Shown: positions 26,301-33,082, counted from the first letter of the stretch. The stretch: 37,637 bases of DNA from a virus (IMGVR_UViG_3300009285_000033:1-37637), one strand, 5' to 3'. Notes: generated by a model from the sequence alone, not told the origin. Numbers and translations: made by a program.

Positions 26301-27739
26301 CCCGATCGGACTTCGTCAACAGACTTTCAAGTGTTGATGAACTTGCCAAAAACGCCGGTAAGAAATCCTTTGGACTATCTACTATTCCAGACAAAATTCA
26401 ATCATTTTACGGAGGAACCGATGATATTTACAAAGTCGCGGCGTTCAAGTCATTACTTGACCAAGGCAAGACTCTAGATGAGGCTACAAGGTTGGTTGCG
26501 GATGGATTTCAAAACTACGCCAATGTGGGTAAATTCTACGATGTATGGGCAAAGACTCCTGTGGTCGGATCTGCTTTTATAAAATTCCAGGGAGATTTAA
26601 TCCGCATCATCAAGAATGCCGTTGTTAACCGTCCTCTCCAACTAATCACTTTCCTGGCTACTCTCAAAGGTGTGGCCGAACTCTCTAGTAGAGTATCAGG
26701 AGAGAGTCCACAGGACAAAAAGACTCGTGAGGAAAGATTCGCCGCTCCCATGATTCCTGGTCTTAACATTCCTCTCACTTGGCAGACACCTTTCGGGGAG
26801 ATAAACGTCGCTCGCTACATCTCACCGTTCTACGCAAACAACGATGTAACTGATACTGGAAAGATGATACCTGGTTTGGGTACCGCAATGGCCGTCGCTA
26901 AAGACGCATTTTCACCCAATCCTGATTTTGCCTCTACGATTGCCAAAAATGTTAACGATCCCCTGCTCTCTCCGGCCGTTCAATTACTCGTTAATAGAGA
27001 TTTCAGGGGTAAACGTATCTCCGATCCCAACGAAAATAAGTATCAGCCCTCTACTCTTACCTCCGGCGAAAAACTTGCCAATCAAGCAAAATTCCTTACT
27101 CGAAGTTACTCTCCTCCACTCGTTAATACTGGTGTGGATATTAAAAACGCCGCCGCAGGTGAACCCGACTACTACGGACGAACAAGAAGTGTTCCACAAG
27201 CGGCCGCCAGAGCCGCCGGTATAAAGATTGAACAGTTTGGTCCGGCCGAAGCCCAGAAACAAAGAGAAAAAGACGCCACCTACGAAATGCTCGACACCAA
27301 AGGAAATCAATCAAATATCAGGCAGGTATTCAACGATGTCTACGATAATAATTTACCCTTTGAGACAGCCCTAAAAAGAATCAAAGAAATATCCTCATCC
27401 GCCGGAGGAAATAGAGAGGTTGCCGAGGGGCTCCATTCAAAAATAATGTCACTTCCTAAAGAAGACCGAGCCTCTGCCTACCAAAAAGCCTCCAAATATC
27501 TCTCGGAAGACGTCAAAAATGAAATGCTTGCTATCTCAAAAATGGAAGCTCTTGGTCTATCCTCGGAAGACAGACTCTTGCTCACCATTCCAGTTGAACT
27601 TCGTGCCCAACAGGTTCACGCCAGAATCATGGCTCTCAGTCCTAAATCAAGAGCTAAAAAATATCAACAGTTGGTTGATGGAGGGGTAATCACTCCCGAG
27701 ATGAAAAATCTCATGCTAAAATTACTACAGGGTAAATAA
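23378..27739 (+). CDS. giant (1453 aa) internal virion / DNA-ejection type protein with an ADP-ribosyltransferase-like module
   Basis: Largest ORF. The N-terminal third has Gly-rich hydrophobic segments. Residues from about aa 445 read YLYHTTSPKNIQSIAEQGLKPGKGQYGKAVYMAP. Function by size, position and motif. Confidence 0.5.
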   Translation: MANRLVDALLKAKKKAEDLAKSAYQNVFQTNKPSKGMISPVESTVYHDTPITKNIKTAASVVGGGLKQIGNYAGDIYQGGKATTKLVARAILPDKITEQNLSRQRALTEAMAIARKKGNTEAVKNIYKSAQGAYKDTTSYLDSQNSQNLDLLRKQQKGVITGGSMVLGGPKLLTKTGAVSSLLGGGINAAVAKFQGGNAPEEFGRGVIKTVPVLAMSRFTDPVITKAAGSISPQLSPAVIQAVRRVITGAGNVGEGKILSKMNQTGYSPKDAAIDFATGAVVSPKANEELGGIIKKGLKGTQEDLIKKVANFLKKNPEISAKEPVKLTERIRAVKVTENGQPMPDIMVKDNQATRRGTNQYSTKYKDFVPAGGAGTKQELNAIGGVAGIEYEKDENGKITGVKYDPAKGAAGFALMAGVTSPQGKKLTKDILEKVVSASKGADGDYLYHTTSPKNIQSIAEQGLKPGKGQYGKAVYMAPKPEMTGGYGSPEGAMLRIKKSGLSGLQEFPDQSWSPNKVDSKNIEVSIDNGKSWKPLSPQGVEGTSINTPRSKVELEAGKTPPKLQTEVPVTSKVLPESLPPIVQPKKVTPESVASELPTKINNFVQNTLGYSTANPVGGTKEASAYTKVLRKGQSVVTRGVEKALGSENAKVRTAASTIQGFFKGIGTSPERAQASTELRGGIAVGNERAYNVMDSLYGALDNNKKSLERINAVLDPKISKFKLSYDDLTPKEQKVHDLIRNGFDLVHDTSFANGHIDESLYTKNKGKYVPRLYQPFELPEEVNKFVNSSTKKVQTDLYKSRTDINDWKTDASLNDPVYALGKRLAQVETNTAIKNYTDFLAKNPNLVSEVEKPGFVKLSDSKAYGSLSGKYVLNSAAEELKGHFFANAGLQNVYDAFRSFDRLPIRQLQKKLLTVFNPTTNVGNIVSDNVFGFMTGVDPLTLNKNIVSLTKNKSSYKQLSDYLMKVGVTGTDITRSDFVNRLSSVDELAKNAGKKSFGLSTIPDKIQSFYGGTDDIYKVAAFKSLLDQGKTLDEATRLVADGFQNYANVGKFYDVWAKTPVVGSAFIKFQGDLIRIIKNAVVNRPLQLITFLATLKGVAELSSRVSGESPQDKKTREERFAAPMIPGLNIPLTWQTPFGEINVARYISPFYANNDVTDTGKMIPGLGTAMAVAKDAFSPNPDFASTIAKNVNDPLLSPAVQLLVNRDFRGKRISDPNENKYQPSTLTSGEKLANQAKFLTRSYSPPLVNTGVDIKNAAAGEPDYYGRTRSVPQAAARAAGIKIEQFGPAEAQKQREKDATYEMLDTKGNQSNIRQVFNDVYDNNLPFETALKRIKEISSSAGGNREVAEGLHSKIMSLPKEDRASAYQKASKYLSEDVKNEMLAISKMEALGLSSEDRLLLTIPVELRAQQVHARIMALSPKSRAKKYQQLVDGGVITPEMKNLMLKLLQGK

Positions 27740-27744
27740 CGATT

Positions 27745-28113
27745 ATGAAGCTAAAACACTTGTCACATGAGACCAAAGAAATCAGCGAGGGTGGTAGATT
27801 TACTACAATATTCTCTGCGGAACGTGTATTTAGAGTTGGTTTTGTCCAGGCCGCGGGTATCATTTTTACGACTTTTGTGGCTGGGTTTGCTGGTTCTCTT
27901 ATCGTTCGGTTTAATACTGCTGTATCCCTGCCTGGCAGGGTTAGTGCTGTCGAGGTAATCGCTACGGGACTGTCGAAGGACTTTGCTGATGCCAAGAAGA
28001 ATTTTTTATCAAAAGACTTAGCTGATGAAAGGCTAAAAAACACTGACAGGCAGTTTACCGAGATTCTCAGTAGGCTTGATTTGATCCAGGGAGTCTTAAT
28101 GTCACTAAAGTGA
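27745..28113 (+). CDS. membrane protein of the lysis cassette (holin/antiholin candidate)
   Basis: 122 aa with hydrophobic segment VGFVQAAGIIFTTFVAGFAGSLIV and a charged C-terminus; immediately upstream of the amidase. Confidence 0.45.
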   Translation: MKLKHLSHETKEISEGGRFTTIFSAERVFRVGFVQAAGIIFTTFVAGFAGSLIVRFNTAVSLPGRVSAVEVIATGLSKDFADAKKNFLSKDLADERLKNTDRQFTEILSRLDLIQGVLMSLK

Positions 28114-28135
28114 GTTGTATAATTAGTCAAGAACA

Positions 28136-28924
28136 ATGAAAAAAATACTTTTAATCGCCGGACATGTAAACATAAAATTCAACTCGATAGCATCCTTGCA
28201 TGGAAGTACTGGAACTGCCGGAGAGCAGGAATTGACGATCCGAATTACCAACAGACTGGCGACAGTATTGAGAGATAGAGGCTTTGAAGTAACCCAATCC
28301 GACGCCAACGCCAATGACGACTCACAGATCACCTCAAAAGACTTCGACCTAGCATTGGCACTACATGGAGACATGGACGTACAGAACGACCAGGGAGGGG
28401 GAATGGTGGGGTCAGGAGACAAATCCGTTGACGCGATGTGGCAAGAAAGTCTTAGGATTAAAAATATTTTCGACGAAGTATATTTTACTGAAACAAAAAT
28501 AGTAAATAAAAATATCGTCACAGCAGGAATGTCGAGATATTATATCTGGCAGTATTTGACCTCCAAGACACCCTGCGTACTCATCGAAATGGGTCAGGTA
28601 CAGGATCCCCACGACAAGATTCTCTTGGGAAATACCGACCTCATTGCCAACGCGATCGGAAGATCCATCTGCAAGGCATTCAATGTGCCCTTTGACGTCA
28701 CTCCGGCTCCTGTTACAGATCCCAGACTCAAACAACTCGACGATGCCGGTCTTACCGATGCCGACAAGGTCAGAGTGGCTATAAACCGAAATAGCGAATG
28801 GGATCGCTTAGTAGAGGAAAAAACAACCATTGAAAATCAACTTAAAGACTTGGGGAACAAATACGTTACCCTCAAGGACAAAATTCGGGTGTCGGTCAAC
28901 AAAGCGATCGACGACACAAATTAG
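28136..28924 (+). CDS. N-acetylmuramoyl-L-alanine amidase (Amidase_3-like) endolysin
   Basis: LLIAGHVN...GEQELT..ITNRLATVLRDRGFEV...DLALALHGD...PCVLIEMGQVQDPHD matches the Amidase_3 motif order. Confidence 0.7.
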   Translation: MKKILLIAGHVNIKFNSIASLHGSTGTAGEQELTIRITNRLATVLRDRGFEVTQSDANANDDSQITSKDFDLALALHGDMDVQNDQGGGMVGSGDKSVDAMWQESLRIKNIFDEVYFTETKIVNKNIVTAGMSRYYIWQYLTSKTPCVLIEMGQVQDPHDKILLGNTDLIANAIGRSICKAFNVPFDVTPAPVTDPRLKQLDDAGLTDADKVRVAINRNSEWDRLVEEKTTIENQLKDLGNKYVTLKDKIRVSVNKAIDDTN

Positions 28925-28952
28925 CAAAAGTCTGATCCACTGACGGATTTTT

Positions 28953-29282
28953 ATGACAGATCAAATACCAGCCTCAATACACGAATCGGTCAAGGAAGAT
29001 TTTAAGATAGAGTTGAGGGAGGCTGAAATACAAAACAAATGTTATCGAGAGTTTATTACATGGATCGCCAAAGAGGTTGGATCCACCCAAGAGACAGAGG
29101 TTATCAAGGCCAAAATTCACACCCTGGTCGAAAAAGAACAGAAACTACAGAACATTTCAGACAATCGTCCATTGACTCGTGCTCCATTTGAGGGTCTTGG
29201 AAAACAAGTGGTAAAATTAACTGATAACATCAACAAAGTCCTCAAATTACAAATTAAAAGACTAAAACATGGAACTCACTGA
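28953..29282 (+). CDS. hypothetical coiled-coil protein in the lysis cassette
   Basis: 109-aa K/E-rich ORF. Confidence 0.5.
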   Translation: MTDQIPASIHESVKEDFKIELREAEIQNKCYREFITWIAKEVGSTQETEVIKAKIHTLVEKEQKLQNISDNRPLTRAPFEGLGKQVVKLTDNINKVLKLQIKRLKHGTH

Positions 29283-29499
29283 ACTCACCGCCATACCAGT
29301 AATTGTTGCGCTGGTGCAATTATTCAAACCTCTCAACATCTCCGAGAAATTTTACCCTTTCATCAGTTTAGCCCTGGGAATCATCATCGCGTTCCTATTA
29401 CCCGAGCCTTGGGATGTCAAAGCCTCGATTGTCAAGGGTGTTTTGTTCGGACTTTCAGCCTCAGGACTTTACGCGGGTGTTCGTAAAGTAGTAGAATAA
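29269..29499 (+). CDS. holin candidate
   Basis: 76 aa with hydrophobic helices (AIPVIVALVQLF, FISLALGIIIAFLL, GVLFGLSASGLYAG); last gene before the late terminator. Confidence 0.55.
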   Translation: MELTELTAIPVIVALVQLFKPLNISEKFYPFISLALGIIIAFLLPEPWDVKASIVKGVLFGLSASGLYAGVRKVVE

Positions 29500-29521
29500 T
29501 TCTGGATCACCTCCGCAAATC

Positions 29522-29546
29522 GGACATCAGTAATGGTGTCCTTTTT
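29522..29546 (+). terminator. rho-independent terminator ending the late region
   Basis: GGACATC-AGTAAT-GGTGTCC stem (one G-U) followed by TTTTT. Confidence 0.75.
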
Positions 29547-29563
29547 GTATCGGTTTGTTGTAG

Positions 29564-29592
29564 TTGACATTTGCCGGTCCATGTTTCATAGT
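29564..29592 (+). promoter_or_regulatory. early promoter TTGACA-N17-CATAGT
   Basis: TTGACA 29564-69, CATAGT 29587-92. Confidence 0.55.
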
Positions 29593-29597
29593 GGGTA

Positions 29598-29626
29598 TTG
29601 ACACTAGTTAGGTGTCCGAGTAGAAT
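29598..29626 (+). promoter_or_regulatory. early promoter TTGACA-N17-TAGAAT
   Basis: TTGACA 29598-603, 17-nt spacer, TAGAAT 29621-26. Confidence 0.7.
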
Positions 29627-29632
29627 ACTATT

Positions 29633-29703
29633 TATAGACAGTCCGTTTTCGGGTGCTGTGGTGTAAATAGCGCAACACCACTCGAAAGTAGATTGTCTTT
29701 TTT
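29633..29703 (+). ncRNA. promoter-proximal structured leader ending in a T tract (attenuator or ~70-nt small RNA)
   Basis: AGACAGTC (29636-43) pairs with GATTGTCT (29691-98, one G-U). Inner GTGGTG/CACCAC stem at 29658-63/29676-81. TTTTTT runs to 29703 and ATG 29705 follows directly. Confidence 0.4.
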
Positions 29704-29704
29704 A

Positions 29705-29974
29705 ATGAAGAAGAAAAACATATCAGGATTTGGGTCAATATATTACAAAGGAAAAAAATTAAACTTTACTGGTCCAGTTACAACAGGTATTGGTTATTTT
29801 GAGCATATCTATACATTTGGGTTAATGGATATGAGACGGCAAAAGCATATGTGCTTGAGAAGTGGTTACTGGTGCTGGAGTAATCTTTTTGAAAACCCCA
29901 CCGACATTTTTTCGTATATAAAATCAAAGATCAGTAAAAGTCTGCTGTCGAAAATATCAAAGAAAACCGGTTAA
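29705..29974 (+). CDS. small Cys/Trp-rich protein, paralog B of 848..1108 (first early gene)
   Basis: YKGKKL...GYFEHIY...HMCLRSGYWCWSNLFENPTDIFSY; start taken at ATG 29705 rather than the TTG at 29693. Confidence 0.6.
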   Translation: MKKKNISGFGSIYYKGKKLNFTGPVTTGIGYFEHIYTFGLMDMRRQKHMCLRSGYWCWSNLFENPTDIFSYIKSKISKSLLSKISKKTG

Positions 29975-29988
29975 TTCCGGTTCTTTTT
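29965..29988 (+). terminator. rho-independent terminator
   Basis: AACCGG-TTAATT-CCGGTT stem overlapping the stop codon, followed by CTTTTT. Confidence 0.7.
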
Positions 29989-30061
29989 GATGTCCTTGAC
30001 ATCACCACGCCGGAGAGTGGTTAAGATTTCCGGCCCGAAGCAAAACTCGACGATAACCATA

Positions 30062-30120
30062 CAGGGAAGAAGTTAAGGACTCGGTAAGTAGTAACAACTA
30101 CACCAACCATAACTTCCCTG
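30062..30120 (+). other. long hairpin abutting the polypurine tract
   Basis: CAGGGAAG (30062-69) pairs with CTTCCCTG (30113-20); TTA/TAA extension; inner GTAG/CTAC stem. Confidence 0.5.
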
Positions 30121-30155
30121 GAGGGAGGAGGAGAGGAGAGAGGGGGGAGGAGAAA
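30120..30155 (+). repeat. 36-nt uninterrupted polypurine tract with four GGAGG and three GGAGA motifs
   Basis: GGAGGGAGGAGGAGAGGAGAGAGGGGGGAGGAGAAA read directly in a non-coding interval. Confidence 0.9.
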
Positions 30156-30211
30156 CTTACTAATCCCCGAGGGGAATAAGGGGAAAGCTTTAGCATGACT
30201 AAAATTGAATA

Positions 30212-30240
30212 TCGACACCTCTACCTACTTATGTTATAAT
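30212..30240 (+). promoter_or_regulatory. promoter TCGACA-N17-TATAAT with conserved TACCTA..TATG spacer
   Basis: Spacer CCTCTACCTACTTATGT; the -10 ends 6 nt before ATG 30247 (leaderless geometry). Confidence 0.7.
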
Positions 30241-30246
30241 GCTCTC

Positions 30247-30414
30247 ATGCCATCCAAAAGAGTTCCCAAGTACTACCCCAACGTGATCACCGTCATGAAG
30301 TCCGAAAAAAAGGAGGCTTTCTTAAAAAAGATCTTTCCTCAAAAACAATCTACGGTAGTTAACAAGATGATCGACCTATTGTTGGATGGTAAATTAGACA
30401 AATACTTCAAATGA
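30247..30414 (+). CDS. 55-aa protein, possible ribbon-helix-helix type regulator
   Basis: MPSKRVPKYYPNVITVMKSEKKEAFLKKIF...VVNKMIDLLL has a strand-helix-helix-like pattern; the functional call is weak. Confidence 0.45.
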   Translation: MPSKRVPKYYPNVITVMKSEKKEAFLKKIFPQKQSTVVNKMIDLLLDGKLDKYFK

Positions 30415-30749
30415 TAGACAAATCCGCCGACCCAAAAGCAAAACTCATCAAAGCCGGTAACTGGCTACACACAGCCGCCATCAAACTGAAAGACAAAAAC
30501 GGTCGTGGTGGAGTATTCCTAAACTGCGAGAAAGCTTTTGGATTCCGGCCGGCGTGGGTGTCTGTTACCAAGGTTCGCGGTCAACACGACTCTTTTGTTA
30601 TCTCGGTCGAAAAAACGCCGGAAATCCTGGCAACAGAGGAAAAGTTCGCCGAAGACATGAGACAGAAAGCCGCCCTGGAACAAAAAGCCAAAGAATCACT
30701 CATTAAAAAGACAGAAGAGTCTATTGATGGTGACGGTACAGCAAATTAA
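30411..30749 (+). CDS. hypothetical protein
   Basis: 112-aa ORF, ATGA overlap with the upstream gene. Confidence 0.6.
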   Translation: MIDKSADPKAKLIKAGNWLHTAAIKLKDKNGRGGVFLNCEKAFGFRPAWVSVTKVRGQHDSFVISVEKTPEILATEEKFAEDMRQKAALEQKAKESLIKKTEESIDGDGTAN

Positions 30750-30751
30750 AA

Positions 30752-30914
30752 TCTTGAACTGAGTCGACTAGAGTACCACAATTCAGTAGGGTACAACCTT
30801 GGAGTAGCTCTCCATAAATGTTCCGGCTACCTTGGTCTATCAACAAACATACCTGATTAGTCGTTAGAGACTTATTCGGGTGGTAGAAGCTGTGTCGGCT
30901 CAGTTGAGGATTTT
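30752..30914 (+). other. ~160-nt multi-branched structured non-coding element closed by a 17-position helix and a T tract
   Basis: TCTTGAACTGAGTCGAC (30752-68) pairs with GTCGGCTCAGTTGAGGA (30894-910) with 1 mismatch and 2 G-U. Internal stems GTACC/GGTAC, GGAG/CTCC and CTACC/GGTAG. TTTT follows. Confidence 0.35.
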
Positions 30915-30919
30915 ACTAC

Positions 30920-30948
30920 TTGACATTGATACCTATCCATGTGATACT
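30920..30948 (+). promoter_or_regulatory. promoter TTGACA-N17-GATACT with conserved spacer and flanking 7-bp inverted repeat
   Basis: Spacer TTGATACCTATCCATGT; ATACCTA (30929-35) and TAGGTAT (30949-55) bracket the -10. Confidence 0.65.
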
Positions 30949-30972
30949 TAGGTATTACCAAATAAGGAAAAT

Positions 30973-31557
30973 ATGACAAACTCCGAACAAAAGAATGTTT
31001 ACGAGCGACTCCAGTCAGCTCGTGTGGAATTACAAACAAAAAACCTCAAGAAATCAGGTAAAAATACTTACTCTAATTTTACCTATTACGAGTTAAGAGA
31101 TTTTCTCCCTACCCTAAACACCATAATGCTCTCCAGTGGCCTTATGACTGTATTCAGCATAGTTAAGACTAACGAGGTAGAAGAAGCCATCCTAGAGGTA
31201 TTCAACTCATCCAAACCAGAGGAAAAAATAACATTTAGACTTCCAACCGCGGAAGTAGAGATAGGGAAGAAAAAAGATGGAACCGGCGGGGCTGATCCAA
31301 TCCAAAATCTTGGAGGTAAAACTACCTACATGAGGAGATACTTGATGATGAACGCTTTTGAGATTGTAGAAAGTGATTATATTGACAAGAATCCTATTAC
31401 CGAAGAACTAGACGAGAAAAGTATAGAGATGGTAAACGGGGCCAAATCTCTCGACGAATTGGGGCAAGTTTATAAAGACTTGGTAGCCAAACTAGACAAG
31501 AAATACTCCAAATCTTTAGTTGCTCACTGTCACGCAAGAAAATCAGAGCTAAAATGA
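30973..31557 (+). CDS. erf: ERF-family single-strand annealing protein
   Basis: VYERLQSARVEL...KNTYSNFTYYELRDFLPTLNTIM...GGKTTYMRRYLMMNAFEI parallels the P22 Erf N-terminal domain. Confidence 0.8.
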   Translation: MTNSEQKNVYERLQSARVELQTKNLKKSGKNTYSNFTYYELRDFLPTLNTIMLSSGLMTVFSIVKTNEVEEAILEVFNSSKPEEKITFRLPTAEVEIGKKKDGTGGADPIQNLGGKTTYMRRYLMMNAFEIVESDYIDKNPITEELDEKSIEMVNGAKSLDELGQVYKDLVAKLDKKYSKSLVAHCHARKSELK

Positions 31558-32144
31558 TTTACTCTGTAGAACAAAAATCTGAAGAGTGGTTGAGCCTAAG
31601 ATTGGGAAAGTTTACTGCTAGTGATGCCCAATCGATCCAATCTAACGGAAAAGGACTAGAGACGCTTTGTTTTGAGAAAGTAGCCGAGATTTTAACAGGG
31701 AAAGGTAAACCATCATTTACAAACGAAGACATAGAGCGCGGCAACGAGATGGAGGAAACTGCACGAGAGATATACGAGTTTCAAAGTGGCAATTCTGTAG
31801 TTGTGATAGGCTTCGTAGAATCGAATGAGTATGTCGGGTGCTCACCTGATGGGTTTGTCGGTGACGATGGTCTGGTAGAGATTAAGTGTAAGAATGATGT
31901 CAATTTTGTTAGATACATGTTTGACGAAAAGATAGACCCTGCTCATTATTGGCAGATGCAGATGCAGATGTTGGTAACCGGCAGGAAATGGTGTGACTAT
32001 GTGGTTTTCAATGAGAATTTTGCCACAAATATAATTATTGTTAGAGTAAATAGAGAAGAGGCAGACATAAAAAGTATACAAAATGGTCTAGATTGTGGGA
32101 TTGAAACTGTTAAAAAAATAATAAATAAAGTAAGTGGAAAATAA
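31554..32144 (+). CDS. YqaJ-like (lambda Exo type) recombination exonuclease
   Basis: SEEWLSLRLGKFTASDAQSI and SPDGFVGDDGLVEIKC (PD-(D/E)xK). Confidence 0.85.
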   Translation: MIYSVEQKSEEWLSLRLGKFTASDAQSIQSNGKGLETLCFEKVAEILTGKGKPSFTNEDIERGNEMEETAREIYEFQSGNSVVVIGFVESNEYVGCSPDGFVGDDGLVEIKCKNDVNFVRYMFDEKIDPAHYWQMQMQMLVTGRKWCDYVVFNENFATNIIIVRVNREEADIKSIQNGLDCGIETVKKIINKVSGK

Positions 32145-32472
32145 ACCCCGCACACTCTCCCAAAACTCTGCTCTCCATCTGATGTTTACTCAACTAGCAG
32201 ACGAACTTACAAACCACGGCCTAGATATGCGTAAGACTCTTAAACCAACGATAGATATTAGATGGTCTGGCGATATGGTCAAGGAATACTTATGGAAGCC
32301 GGTAATGAAAGCTCAACTAGGCCTAGACAGTACCACAGAGATGACAACAAAAGATATTGATAAGGTTTTTGAAACCATCAACAAACATCTTGGTGAGAAG
32401 TTTGGAATAACGATTGTGTTTCCGTCAATTGAGACACTTATCAACAAAAGCCTTTACAAGGATATTTTATAA
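32134..32472 (+). CDS. NinB/Orf-like recombination mediator
   Basis: PRTLSQNSALHLMF resembles the RSLDQN..LW core of lambda NinB; GTG start; position after annealase/exonuclease. Confidence 0.5.
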   Translation: MENKPRTLSQNSALHLMFTQLADELTNHGLDMRKTLKPTIDIRWSGDMVKEYLWKPVMKAQLGLDSTTEMTTKDIDKVFETINKHLGEKFGITIVFPSIETLINKSLYKDIL

Positions 32473-32473
32473 A

Positions 32474-32728
32474 ATGAAAGACAAAATCAAAGAAAGAATA
32501 CTAAAAGACGTCCAATACGAACTCGACGAAATAGACGTTGATGGTCTGATTGAAAAACTACTGAAAGAAGAAAGGGTGACTGAGATTGCTCGGATAATGG
32601 TCAGAAAATTGGTCGCGGAAAAGGTCACCACAAGTATTCAGGCCAAACTAAGCAAGAGTACGTTCCTGATTGATGCTTGGACGGCCGACAAAGTTACGGC
32701 GTTTTTACTAGAACTAGGAATAAAATGA
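32474..32728 (+). CDS. hypothetical protein
   Basis: 84-aa ORF from ATG 32474, 1 nt after the previous stop. Confidence 0.55.
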   Translation: MKDKIKERILKDVQYELDEIDVDGLIEKLLKEERVTEIARIMVRKLVAEKVTTSIQAKLSKSTFLIDAWTADKVTAFLLELGIK

Positions 32729-32904
32729 CCGAATTAAAATTATCAATCAGACTAAAGACGAGTGAGTATGGTGTGATAGAAACAGAGACTGTGGAGGTAA
32801 TACTCACAAAAGGGGTGGCTCTAGTTGATTGCATCGTAGTATACGAAAAAGTTGGAGGAGAATACCTATTTAAGGAGACATTACCAGTAAAACACGAAAA
32901 ATGA
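32725..32904 (+). CDS. hypothetical protein
   Basis: 59-aa ORF from ATG 32725, ATGA overlaps on both sides. Confidence 0.5.
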   Translation: MTELKLSIRLKTSEYGVIETETVEVILTKGVALVDCIVVYEKVGGEYLFKETLPVKHEK

Positions 32905-33041
32905 CAAAATCCATCAAATTGTTGACACTTTATTTGAAAAATGTCACGAAACTCAACGAAAATGAGAGAAAAATGGTATTTTCTTGGGTAAATGACCTAT
33001 TTCATCCAAAAATAGTATTGGCGCCTAATAAAATTAGGTAA
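32901..33041 (+). CDS. hypothetical 46-aa protein
   Basis: Read by hand (MTKSIKLLTLYLKNVTKLNENERKMVFSWVNDLFHPKIVLAPNKIR); ATGA overlap with the upstream gene. Confidence 0.4.
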   Translation: MTKSIKLLTLYLKNVTKLNENERKMVFSWVNDLFHPKIVLAPNKIR

Positions 33042-33048
33042 CTATCCC

Positions 33049-33076
33049 TTGACAACAGGTAAAATAGGTGTATAAT
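33049..33076 (+). promoter_or_regulatory. consensus promoter TTGACA-N16-TATAAT at the head of the AT-rich island
   Basis: TTGACA 33049-54, TATAAT 33071-76; ATG 33083 lies 6 nt after the -10. Confidence 0.7.
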
Positions 33077-33082
33077 GAAGCT

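Noticed and set aside
29996-30027. TTGACA at 29996-30001 as another promoter
   Set aside because: There is no acceptable -10 at 16-18 nt spacing. The best candidates are TTAAGA or TAAGAT at 19-20 nt.
30021-30218. 65-aa minus-strand ORF
   Set aside because: Its Pro/Ser/Leu-rich sequence is simply the translated polypyrimidine complement of the purine tract. It has no start context or promoter.
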